Of a DNA stretch of 64,000 nucleotides, positions 52,801-61,048 are shown in pieces. A program made the position numbers and the translations under genes. The stretch comes from an uncultured delta proteobacterium (GTDB taxonomy: Bacteria > Desulfobacterota > Syntrophorhabdia > Syntrophorhabdales > WCHB1-27). Numbering within the stretch: the stretch's first letter is position 1; every line of letters starts with the position of its first letter. The stretch is from assembly GCA_963810935.1 (NCBI GenBank), contig CAWEPK010000012.1, positions 128,001 to 192,000 of the forward strand, written 5' to 3'. The notes below the pieces were generated by a model that made no database searches, was not told where the DNA came from, and saw nothing but the letters and a program-made list of their open reading frames with translations.

Positions 52801-53350
52801 GGATGTAATCCAGGTCAAGGGTAATCCCTATTACGGCTATTAGCTTATTCGCCGTCTGCTTCACCGGGTATCCGAAGGTAATGATGGGTCTTTTCACTAT
52901 GCGGGCCATTGCGTATTCACCGGGCGAAAACATCCCGGTACGGGCTGCCTTTTGAAAGAATGTCCGGTCAGCCAGCGACACCTTCCCCTCAGTGGGTATT
53001 GCCGATGCCCGGACGAGACCGGATTTGTCGCAGACGATGATATTGGCATACTGAGGATTCTTTCTCAAAAGCTCAGAAAGAAGGGGAGTGGCGGTAACGG
53101 GATTTAGGGACCGTATCGGGGAAAGCAAAGAAAGTGCGGTTGCCAGTTGCTCCGCACCCGCGGCTATGGCCTGCTGCTGACCGGCGACATCATTGACGAA
53201 CTTCAGACACTCAGCCTTGCCATCGGCTATCGCTTCGTGCCGCTCGGCTATTCCTGAGTAGACGATCAGGCCTATGGACGGCACCGCCAATACGGCGATT
53301 AAAATTGCTAAATGTGCGCGTATGGGCCACGAGAAGAACCCTTTTCTCAT
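49880..53350 (-). CDS. Hybrid sensor histidine kinase (Cache-like periplasmic domain, HAMP, 3 PAS, HisKA, HATPase, REC)
   Basis: Two TM segments, GELGEVARAFDSM HAMP, AGGIAHDFNNML, FEPFFTTK..GSGMGL, VVDDE..LTDHVMP. Confidence 0.92.
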   Translation of the reverse strand: MRKGFFSWPIRAHLAILIAVLAVPSIGLIVYSGIAERHEAIADGKAECLKFVNDVAGQQQAIAAGAEQLATALSLLSPIRSLNPVTATPLLSELLRKNPQYANIIVCDKSGLVRASAIPTEGKVSLADRTFFQKAARTGMFSPGEYAMARIVKRPIITFGYPVKQTANKLIAVIGITLDLDYIRHMFEHLNLPPGSLFALLDDQGTILMRSLNDPLSGKLIGGRDIRQDLFTRMREGADEGTYEAIGNDEKPRLAAYKKLRLPNESEPYLYIRSSIPLASAISKANITMFSNLAVFVSLFIIGLFLAWLIGSRLIVNPATALKKAAGRLAAGVDNVNVASIVKGGELGEVARAFDSMAERLIQEKAALRASEQRWATTLSSIGDAVIATDVEGKITFMNAVAEGLTGWTLQEAAARPVTEVFSIINEQTRNQVENPVTKVLREGMTVGLANHTVLMKKDGSEVPIDDSGAPIKDEAGNTSGVVVIFRDVTERKRAEEALRESEERFKILTQATFEGVAITEQGRFVDGNDQLFSMLGYRREEMVGREVSEFIVPEDRAKVMDNILQGLEVIVEHGMIKRDGQPVTVEAHGKTETHHGRKVRLTALRDITERKRMEEELRRSRNGLEQRVWERTAELEESNERFHTLVELLPEIVFETDLNERYTYANRQAIETFGVTSEKLREGLYIRDLVAEKDYGRIKQNMNRILKGEALPGGEYTVRRNDGSEFPVFIRASRTERNGKVTGVRGIVIDLTESRRAEEERMRLEEQLRQAQKMEALGTLAGGIAHDFNNMLAVIIGNAELALDDIGDGSDGADHRIKQILMASQRARDLVKEILAFSRKSQGRRKPFKLGPLVQETANFLRGSLPSMIKIEVDTRSDLDAVLADVSQVQQVIMNLSTNAADAINEDGGLLFMGVSDAVFGEKDPKPDPDMQTGRYVVLTVRDTGAGMPKQVLCRIFEPFFTTKEQGKGSGMGLAVVFGIVKAHNGAITVKSRPGKGTTFKVFFPSHQEAVQEEPIQQAALLKGTERVLVVDDEPAVVEMTSDTLKRLGYQVTTAGSGHEGWEKFEKAPGDFDLVLTDHVMPDLTGMRLAEKMLELRKDMPIILFTGYSETVSPQKAKAAGIAEFLYKPVVARDLAETVSRVLHARDRISAALPE

Positions 53351-53501
53351 GCTCCGGACCCTCCAATCCATCATCCAGGTCGGTGAGCCGAAGATTCTGT
53401 GAAGTATAATAGATATTAGTGTTTATCTTGGAAACTACAAGCCCCCATCCGTTGCCGCTCGTAATGGCGCAGAGAGACCTGATGCGAGAAAACCGACCCA
53501 A

Positions 53502-53583
53502 GAAGTACACCTTTCGCCGCTTTTCTCTATGAAATATCAGCCTTACACGGCAGGACGCGACGAGGCAACATGAGCGCCCCGCG
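53502..53583. repeat. Repeat B copy 1 (about 82 bp)
   Basis: GAAGTACACCTTTCGC..TTCTCTATGAAATATCAGCCTTAC.CGGCAGGACGCGACGAGGCAAC.TGAGCGCCCC recurs at 57885-57966. Confidence 0.9.
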
Positions 53584-53601
53584 CTCGTTATTCCCCTCCT
53601 C

Positions 53602-53682
53602 CGTCACCCTGGCGGGAGCCGGGGTCCAGGGTTGTCTCTGCGTCACCTGAAGTGCCGGATGCCGGCTTTCGCCGGCATGACG
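53602..53682. repeat. REP/REPIN-like inverted doublet
   Basis: CGTCACCCTGGCGGGAGCCGGGGTCCAG ... CCGGATGCCGGCTTTCGCCGGCATGACG, resembling GTCAT-type REP doublets. Confidence 0.6.
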
Positions 53683-53743
53683 CAAGAAGAATAGGGCCAG
53701 GGGGGAGCGGATCGCTCTAACGCCTTTCAGCCCGAAGTCAATG

Positions 53744-53797
53744 ATTACATCTCACCCGCGGTTGCCGCAATTGGCCCTCGGCCCAATTGCGGCCGTG
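53744..53797. repeat. Repeat A copy 2, fused directly to the nuoN 3' duplicate
   Basis: ATTACATCTCACCCGCGGTTGCCGCAATTGGCCCTCGGCCCAATTGCGGCCGTG. Confidence 0.9.
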
Positions 53798-53798
53798 A

Positions 53799-54233
53799 AT
53801 GCTGGGCGCATTCAGCGTGATGACCGCACTGTCGGGCAAAGAAAGGGACGCGGACAGGATAGAGGATTACGAAGGCCTTTTCTACACCCGCCCGTGGCTC
53901 GCAGGCGCGTTCGCGTTCCAGTTGCTGTCGCTTGCGGGAATGCCGCTGACTGCGGGGTTCATCGCGAAGATATACATAGTGGCTGCCGGTGTAGATTCCG
54001 CCCTGCGGCTGCTGGTGGCAGCGCTGATCGCAGGCAGCGGGATAAGCCTGTTCTATTACCTCCGGGTAATCGCGGCCCTATTCCGCAAGCCGGCAGCAGC
54101 TCCGTATGCGCCGCCGGGGCGCCTGGGTGCGCGGATCATGACTGCGGCCTTGTTCGTCCTCCTTGTCTGGTGGGGGATATTTCCAGGGCCGGTGCTGTAT
54201 GTGATAGGTCTTATAAAGCCTATTGTGCCGTAG
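53799..54233 (+). pseudogene. nuoN: Second copy of the nuoN 3' end (144 codons, frame intact)
   Basis: Aligns to 46005-46441; protein identical except N/D and V/A; no RBS. Confidence 0.9.
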
Positions 54234-54400
54234 TGACGTTCCCCCGTCACACGAATCAATGAAAACCCAAAATGCGAACAAAAGACTGACCTAATATAGA
54301 TGGCAGGCTTATTTGTACCGACATTCGGACATTACGGTCCGGTCTGTGCAATCCGCATGTCCTCGTCACTGGAGCATCAGGCCGAGAGGTGTGAATAACA

Positions 54401-55595
54401 TGTAAAAGTCAACCTCTCGCCGGACAGTCAGCCCCTCATTCGGGCATGATGGTCATGCCGCTTGTTCAGCCATCTGAGCCTTTACCTTTTTACCTTCCTC
54501 TATGGTCTCGATAGGCCTCTTTCCCATGTTCCGGTATCCCCGGTGAGGTCTTTCGTTGTTGTAGTAAGCAAGCCAGGTGTCGAGGTCCGCCTGGAGCTCT
54601 TCTAAGGTCAGGTAAAGCTTTGTACGGAACGTCTCCCTGAAGAATTCATCAAGGATCGTACGGTTGAACCGCTCTACAAAGCCGTTGCTCCTTGGATTCG
54701 CCACTTTCGTCCGCCTGTGCTCGATATCGTTAAGCTCCAAGAATATCTGGTAAGGATGGATCATCGGCCTTCCGCAGTACTCTCGCCCGTTGTCTGTAAG
54801 GATATGTTCGACCTTAAGGCCGTGTTCCTCATAGAAGGGCAGTACCTTGTCGTAAAGGATGTCTGCGGCGGTCTCGGGTATCTTCGAGGTGTAGAGCTTC
54901 CCGAAGGCATAGGAACCGTACGTATCGACCACCGCCTGGAGATAGACCCGTCCCACCCCCTTGATGCTTCCAACCATGAAGGTGTCCTGGCTTAAGAGGT
55001 ATCCCGGATACAGGCTCTCAACCTTCCGCTCTCTGAAGCAGGGGTTAGCCTTCTCAATAAGCCTTATCTGCTCTTCCGTCAGATCGATCTGGGCGCCGGA
55101 GCGTTCTTCTTCGAGCTTGAGGATGCGCTTGTATCTTGTCTCCAATCCTTCCCGCATCCAAATGTTCCGTACTGTCGAGGGACTTACCGAGACGCCTTCC
55201 AGCCGGAGCTGATCCGATACCCTCAGTTGGCCCCACGCAGGATGGGCGATGGAGAGGCCGATCACCTTTTCTTTGATTTCAGAGGGCGTCTCGTTCGGAA
55301 AGGACTTCGGTACGGGAGGCCGGTCTATGAGGCCCTGTAATCCCTGTTCCTGGAATGCCCGTTTATACTCGTAGAACTGGCTCCGGCAGACGCCCCGCCT
55401 CCGGCATGCCTCGGAGACGTTCCTCAACCGCTCCGCTAGCTGTAGCAATGTCATCTTCCCCTGTGCTATCTTTGATTCGGCAGTCATGCGTTCCTCCTTG
55501 GGTGGTGTTTTTTGGGCAAAAACATCCTACCCGAAGAGAATGCTGACTGCCAACTGCTTTCTTAGAAAGTGTTCGGGAAGAGGTTAACTTTTACA
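54401..55595 (-). mobile_element. IS481 family insertion sequence, 1195 bp
   Basis: TGT...ACA ends; 26-bp IRs TGTAAAAGTCAACCTCTCGCCGGACA / TGTAAAAGTTAACCTCTTCCCGAACA (22/26); flanking 7-bp direct repeat AATAACA (54394-54400, 55596-55602). Confidence 0.93.
54453..55487 (-). CDS. IS481 family DDE transposase
   Basis: HTH (NVSEACRRRGVCRSQFY), QDTF..KGVGRVYLQ, LTDNGREYCG, NGFVERFNRT, YNNERPHRG. Confidence 0.95.
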   Translation of the reverse strand: MTAESKIAQGKMTLLQLAERLRNVSEACRRRGVCRSQFYEYKRAFQEQGLQGLIDRPPVPKSFPNETPSEIKEKVIGLSIAHPAWGQLRVSDQLRLEGVSVSPSTVRNIWMREGLETRYKRILKLEEERSGAQIDLTEEQIRLIEKANPCFRERKVESLYPGYLLSQDTFMVGSIKGVGRVYLQAVVDTYGSYAFGKLYTSKIPETAADILYDKVLPFYEEHGLKVEHILTDNGREYCGRPMIHPYQIFLELNDIEHRRTKVANPRSNGFVERFNRTILDEFFRETFRTKLYLTLEELQADLDTWLAYYNNERPHRGYRNMGKRPIETIEEGKKVKAQMAEQAA

Positions 55596-55618
55596 AATAA
55601 CACATTAGCGCCGAAAGA

Positions 55619-55680
55619 TGATAATGCGGGCGTCACCCGGAGCCGGCTGCTTCGCGCGCGGGTGCACGCGATGGTTGGGC
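55619..55680 (-). other. Integron attC-like site (R' degenerate)
   Basis: Minus strand R'' GCCCAAC -5- L'' CGTGCACC -23- L' GGTGACG -5- R' ATTATCA; one extra base at position 4 of L''; lies downstream of the adjacent gene. Confidence 0.65.
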
Positions 55681-55794
55681 AATCATAGTCTCCCCGCTTC
55701 TCTCGGCGGCCCTTCACGAGAATTTGATAATTCAATGGGCGCCCCTCACTCCCTACTCACTTCCTACCCTCCGCAAATAGCTTAGATTCCGAAG

Positions 55795-57727
55795 TTATTG
55801 GCCAGAGAGGATTTCAAGAACTTTTCTTAGGCATATAACGAATACTTTATCTTGGTTTTCCGTCATCAAATGCGTAACGCCGTGATATTCTCTACGATTC
55901 ACCTGTGCCGCTTCTGTAATGTCAATGATCCCAATGCCCTCCGCGACGTGCTTTGAACCAATCTCCCAGCAAACCAACCATTTGATATCTTGAAGTCTTT
56001 TGTATCCGCTCCGCACATCCCTTACCAGACCATCCGTGTCGTATTTGAATTCTAAAAAGCAGCGGTTAGGAGAAACAGCTTTGCCGTCCCTAAACTTATC
56101 TTGTGCAATCCCAAGCCGATTAGTCGTGTGATGGTACGTAGTTGTGGCATCTGCTCCCAATGCAAACCTGCCTACCCCATCATAAGTTCTTGAAATATGA
56201 GTTGTAAACACTTCATATCCTTTGAGTTTGCCTGTTCCCAAAAGGTTAAAGAATAGTGCAACCACATCTTGCTCTTCAGACGGAATTTTCTTTAGGCTAA
56301 CCCAACTCACACCTATGTCAGGTTTTGCGATAGCATTGTCCTTCATTGCGTCCAAATCAGCTTCTTGGCCCTCATCAAACGGACCAGGGCTCGGCTTAAG
56401 ACAATCATCTTCGATAGTAAACTTCGTCCTTTGAATCGCATTTGCAAAGAAATTTCCGAATTCTCCAATCTCTTCCGGCAGGCTTTTTCTCCCCACGTCG
56501 CTTTTTAGTGGCCCGCATGCTCAGTAAAACAAAGAATCTGCTAAAGTCACCAGACCTGAACGTAAAATCAATTCGCTTCTGCTCACCTATCTTCTGGGTT
56601 TTAGTCGCAAAAACTATACCGTGATTCAGTTGCGCATCCCTCTCGGGTCCCCAAATTTGGTTGTTTCTATCCTGCCAGAATTCCGAGCCGTAGGTAAAAC
56701 ATACATAAGCCTCGGGTTTGTGCACATTCAGGATTCTCGATAGCCTCTCGCGCTTTACTTGCCGCAAATATGACACTGTTTCCATTCTTCTTGTCACTAA
56801 CTCACTCACCTGATCGTATGTAAATGTCTCCCATAGAACATCCATGTCACGCTGAGCTTCAGGAAGACGTCCTCTCGCATCACGACTCAATGACGTTAAC
56901 CTTATGTTGGCCTCAGTTGCCAGGTGTGGATAAAGGTATCCTATTTTCATAAGTGCCGACTGAGGATTTCCCGTCTTATCAACCACCGTCAAAGTTGCTC
57001 TGACCGCTTTAAAGAAAGTATCGTTGGCATCAAAGTCAACATATCCCAACGCCGTATGAAGCCGCAAAATAGCTTCCCATTGAGATAAATCCTCACCCTG
57101 TTCCGACAACACCTTCATATTAGTCTCATTGTCGAACCAAATCGAAACAACGGTTCCGTGATCCGCTGGCGCCTCCGGATGGCACGCCATAGGATTTACC
57201 TTCGGCATAGGTAATAATACAATTTCCTTCCGGCACCATTTCAATGCATCGCGTAGCTCCCCAGATGTGAGTTCACCCGTGTCTTGAGCCACAGTGCTCA
57301 CACAAATTCTATTCGATCCGTATGACAAGAAAGTCGAACCAACCCCCTTCTCGCCCCTCTGCCTGTCCTCAGAATCAGCCTTCAAGGTAGCATAGGGAGT
57401 GAAAAAGTATTTCAGCACCACGCTTTTGGGCATCCCCAATCCGTTATCCACAACTGTGAAGCTGTTCTCTTTGAGATCGACTATTACTCTTATTGAAGGA
57501 GTATAGTCCGCACTCGCCCCTTCTGCCTCTGCCTTCCTGAATGCCCTCTCACACGCATCCATTGCATTTTGAACGGACTCATAAAAGTGGTCGAATTGGT
57601 GATGATAACTACTAATTATTTCGGCTACTTTATTTCTCATTAATTCCGCTGCATATCTATCTCCTTCCCCCTCTTCCTCAATTACTTGCAGAGGATTAAA
57701 GGCTTCCGTTAACGAATTTTCAGCCAT
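55795..57727 (-). CDS. GHKL (Hsp90/MORC-like) ATPase fused to C-terminal PD-(D/E)XK-like nuclease, about 643 aa (apparent +1 frameshift near 56510)
   Basis: ESVQNAMDA, DNGLGM, GEKGVG, HGT GHKL motifs; C-terminal EQDVVALF..YD..LEFKY..LVCWE; removing one base joins the ORFs via LKSDVGRKSL; AT-richer than flanks. Confidence 0.75.
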
Positions 57728-57884
57728 TACCTTCCCCCCTTTCAAGGCTTTCTGTTTCCTTTAACATACTATACTACTCGCTTTTCCCTTGCCCTTCCCG
57801 AATAGCTTATTTCCCCCATTCCAGCAATCATTACCGATTGTAACACTTGCAATCGGCTCGGTCGAGGAAAATCTATCCTTTCAG

Positions 57885-57966
57885 GAAGTACACCTTTCGC
57901 ACTCTTCTCTATGAAATATCAGCCTTACGCGGCAGGACGCGACGAGGCAACGTGAGCGCCCCCGCG
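57885..57966. repeat. Repeat B copy 2
   Basis: Near-identical to 53502-53583. Confidence 0.9.
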
Positions 57967-58104
57967 TTGCGTTACGAACGATCCACAAGAGGCATAGAGT
58001 ATCGGAAGTAAAAAATGACTGAACCGTTTTTGGAAGTAAAACGTGTCAAAAGCGGTCAGTCTTTAGTCCGCCCCACACGTAAATAAGCCGAATAGCAGCC
58101 TTGC

Positions 58105-58159
58105 GATTATATCTCACCCGCAGTTGCAGCAATTGGCCCGCGGTCCAATTGCTGCCGTG
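58105..58159. repeat. Repeat A copy 3
   Basis: GATTATATCTCACCCGCAGTTGCAGCAATTGGCCCGCGGTCCAATTGCTGCCGTG. Confidence 0.9.
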
Positions 58160-58167
58160 GTCGGAGG

Positions 58168-58291
58168 AGCCGCATGGAGGATGCTTCATATGCGGATGCA
58201 ATGGGAGCCGTGGCGGCCGGAGATCGTACATTCGTACATCGGAGGCCCCACGGCGAGCAGGGCGCCGCAGAGGGAGCATCCTTCATGCGGC
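58168..58291. repeat. Long imperfect hairpin element with GTAC-N4-GTAC centre
   Basis: GCCGCATGGAGGATGCT pairs with AGCATCCTTCATGCGGC; inner CCGTGG/CCACGG. Confidence 0.55.
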
Positions 58292-58370
58292 GAGTCCAAA
58301 CCTTGCCACACCATCCGCCCTTGCCTTTTCACCTCACACCACCTCGGGTTCCTGACACGCACACCCCTAC

Positions 58371-59239
58371 TTACCTCGCTATCACATACACCGCCGTCGC
58401 CTCCGTCCACTCTGATGGCGTCCAGCCTGCCTAGCCTTTTTACCAGGTCGCTTATCATGCCGGTTTTCGATGCGTCGAATACTTCGTACTTGCCTTCCTG
58501 AAAACCCAAGGGGACGAGGTCTTCCTTTTTCAGGGTTGCTATCACCTTGATCTTTTCCTCGACCGTGGCCGCCTTCGTGCCGGGGAGCCTGCGCGCGACC
58601 AGCTTTACGGGGCTGCCCGCTGGTGGGAACTCGCGTGCTTCGTTGGCTAAGACCCGGTTGTCGGGGTGAGCGAAATTGGGCAGGAGCACGGTCACGGAGC
58701 CGTCGGCAGCTACGGAAAAAATGTAGATGTAGCAGTTCCTCGTCGGCTGGTAAACGATGCGCGCAGATTCGCCCTCGCGCAGGTCCGCCTTCGCCATGGC
58801 CACGTTCAGGGCAAACCCCGCGCGGTGCGGCCGGACGGGCTCTACGAGTACCTTGAGGTGTACCTTGTAGACCCACCTGTCGCTGCCGTCCCACCCCTGC
58901 CGCACGGGTATTATGCTTGCCGCCCTCCCCTGCACGGAGGCGTAGATGAGGTCTTCCGCCAGTTGGCCGTTGGAGACAAGGACATGCGATTTAACGAAGA
59001 TGCCCCGTGCCTGCTCGATGGCTTTTGCAACGGCCTTCCGTTTGGCCGTCTCCATTACTTCCTTGGGCGTCTCGACGTCGCCTAAGGTCGCCTCCCCTTC
59101 CGCCTCCACCCAGACCGGCGCATCTGCCGGCGCAGGCGCGGGACCGGCGGCCAGGCATGCCCCCGGCATGGCCCACAAGCACATAAGTGCGGCCGCGAGG
59201 CTGACGGCTGGAAAAAGGATGCACTTTTATGCCGCGCAT
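58371..59239 (-). CDS. Exported protein with FlgT/LPP20-like N-domain and DUF4384-like C-domain (apparent frameshifts near 59226 and 58416)
   Basis: Signal peptide restored by removing one A; WVEAEGEA..AKAIEQA; GESARIVY..CYIYIFSVAADGSVTVLLPN; corrected end SEWTEATAVYVIAR*. Confidence 0.65.
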
Positions 59240-59242
59240 GCC

Positions 59243-61048
59243 TCACCTCGCAAGGACGAAGCGCCCCTTGATGCGCTCGACGGGCGGCATCAGGCCGGGC
59301 GTCTGATCGACGTTCTGCCTTTTCGCCTCGTCCTGCACAAGGGGTCTGATATATTCGTAGATATCGCCCATGCTCTTCCTGCCTTCTCTGATGGCCCTTA
59401 AGAAATAATAGGTCAGGATACCGTGCTCCCTCTCGTCCGCGGAGGCGGAGATCTGGCTGCCCGTGGTGGCGGAGAGGACCGCCAGTCCCGGCGGCAAAGA
59501 AGGCGCGTCAGCCATTAATACGAGGGGCCGTGTCCCTTTAGCCACGACGCTCCTGCCGCCCGAGCCTGTGAAACAGGCGTCGAGCACCACGATCGTCTCC
59601 CTCGCGCGCACCTTCCCCAGCATTTCGTAAAGCCTGCTCAGGGGATAACCCGTGTCCTGCAGATAGGACGGGTCCCCGTCGTAAGGCAGCAGGTAAGCTG
59701 TCCCGCTGGCAGGGTCGGGCGCGCCGTGGCCCGAATAGTAGAAAAATACCCTGCTCTCTTTTTTCACCATGTTGGGGAGCATATGCTCGACGCACTTCTG
59801 GATGCCGCTGCGCGTCGCCTCGTCATCTTTAAGGAATTCTATGTTCCTAGGGGCAAAGCCGAGCGCCTCTATGTATGCCTTGACCAGCCTCGCGTCGTTG
59901 TAAGAGTAATCCGACTTGGGAATGCCCCTGTGGTATTGCTCTATGCCGACGATAATGGCCACGTCCAGCGGCCCGAAGACCTTCTGTTCCCTGCGCAGCG
60001 CAGGCAGGAGGTCGATATTGAACCCGTCGAAGTTCCTGACTGCGGCTTGCCTGGGGGTCTCCTTCGGCATGACCCTGGTCACGCTCATCGCCTGCGCCTC
60101 TTCGTTCAGCACGAGGCTTATGCGCGGCTTCAGGGAGAAGCGCGGCCTCTCCTCGTCGACGGCGAAGGAGACAGGGAGCAGGCCGGGGCCGTCGTAGCGG
60201 CGCGTGACGTTCAGGGAGAAGGCGGCCTTTTTCGACTCACCGGGGTTCAGGCTGCCGAGCAGTACCTTCTCATCGCCGAGGATCGCCACGCTTTTTTTCG
60301 CCGATTCGATCCGGCCCGTGACGCCCCTGGCAGGGCCGCCGCCCGAATTACGCACGGTCAAAATGACCGTCACTTCCTTACCTTTCGTGATGATCCGCCT
60401 GCCGTCAACGTCGAGGATCTCGACCATCGAGACTACGAGCGCAGGCGGTGCGAGCGGGCCTGTTCTGAAGGAGACAGCCGCAGGGGGTGAATCGAACCCG
60501 CCGTCCTCCCGGAGGACCGTGCGCAGCAGCACCTCCTGGCTCTGGACGCGCTCCGAGGCCGCGATGGGAACGCGCAGGAACCTTTCTTCTCCCGGCCCAA
60601 GCGTGCCTATCGCATATTCCCGCTCGAAGGTGACGCCCGAGACGCTGCGGGGCTTCCCCGCCCTGTCGATCGTGTCGAGCAGCAGCCTGACGTCGTGCGC
60701 CTCGCCTTGTCCGTTATTCCGCGCCTTCAATGCAAGGGCGCCCTGCTCCTCCGCGTCGAGTATATTGTTGCCTGACGGCTCCGTAAAAAGCAGGGAGGTT
60801 ACAGAAAGCCGGGGATAGGACGACGCAGTTTTCGGGCCTTCGGCAGGCAGGGTTTGCGCCCTGTTCCACGGCACCTGCCAGGTCTGCACCTGGGCGAGCC
60901 GCAGGGGCGCTACGTCAATGTTTAAACCGATATCGGGGTTGGGGGAAACATAGCCGGGCTCCGTCGCAGACATGGCGACAGCGTGGGGGCCGATCCCCGG
61001 ACACAAAAACAGTAGAGCAGCAATCAATACGATTGAGCCATGGCGCAT
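59243..61048 (-). CDS. Exported caspase-family (peptidase C14) protein with Ig/CARDB-like domains
   Basis: Signal peptide; AIIVGIEQY..NDA..ATRSGI, FFYYSGHG and VVLDACFTG catalytic His/Cys; HGILTYY. Confidence 0.85.
   Translation of the reverse strand: MRHGSIVLIAALLFLCPGIGPHAVAMSATEPGYVSPNPDIGLNIDVAPLRLAQVQTWQVPWNRAQTLPAEGPKTASSYPRLSVTSLLFTEPSGNNILDAEEQGALALKARNNGQGEAHDVRLLLDTIDRAGKPRSVSGVTFEREYAIGTLGPGEERFLRVPIAASERVQSQEVLLRTVLREDGGFDSPPAAVSFRTGPLAPPALVVSMVEILDVDGRRIITKGKEVTVILTVRNSGGGPARGVTGRIESAKKSVAILGDEKVLLGSLNPGESKKAAFSLNVTRRYDGPGLLPVSFAVDEERPRFSLKPRISLVLNEEAQAMSVTRVMPKETPRQAAVRNFDGFNIDLLPALRREQKVFGPLDVAIIVGIEQYHRGIPKSDYSYNDARLVKAYIEALGFAPRNIEFLKDDEATRSGIQKCVEHMLPNMVKKESRVFFYYSGHGAPDPASGTAYLLPYDGDPSYLQDTGYPLSRLYEMLGKVRARETIVVLDACFTGSGGRSVVAKGTRPLVLMADAPSLPPGLAVLSATTGSQISASADEREHGILTYYFLRAIREGRKSMGDIYEYIRPLVQDEAKRQNVDQTPGLMPPVERIKGRFVLAR

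Noticed and set aside
46005..54233. Diversity-generating retroelement TR/VR pair
   Set aside because: Differences between the nuoN copies are not adenine-specific, are mostly synonymous, and no reverse transcriptase is present
56495..56520. Programmed frameshift or two-gene arrangement of the GHKL-nuclease
   Set aside because: No RBS for the second ORF, a plausible continuous motif (LKSDVGRK) spans the break, and similar indels occur across the window; not fully excluded without reads
57759..57786. dif/Xer site (GTATGTTAAAG resembles the XerD arm)
   Set aside because: No credible XerC arm
57799..58094. MITE with 8-bp TIR (GCTTATTT/AAATAAGC) and 6-bp DR CGAATA enclosing repeat B2
   Set aside because: Repeats are very short and copy B1 lacks such flanks; may be chance
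46450..58159. CRISPR array from repeats A/B
   Set aside because: Copies are kilobases apart with no regular spacers and no cas genes
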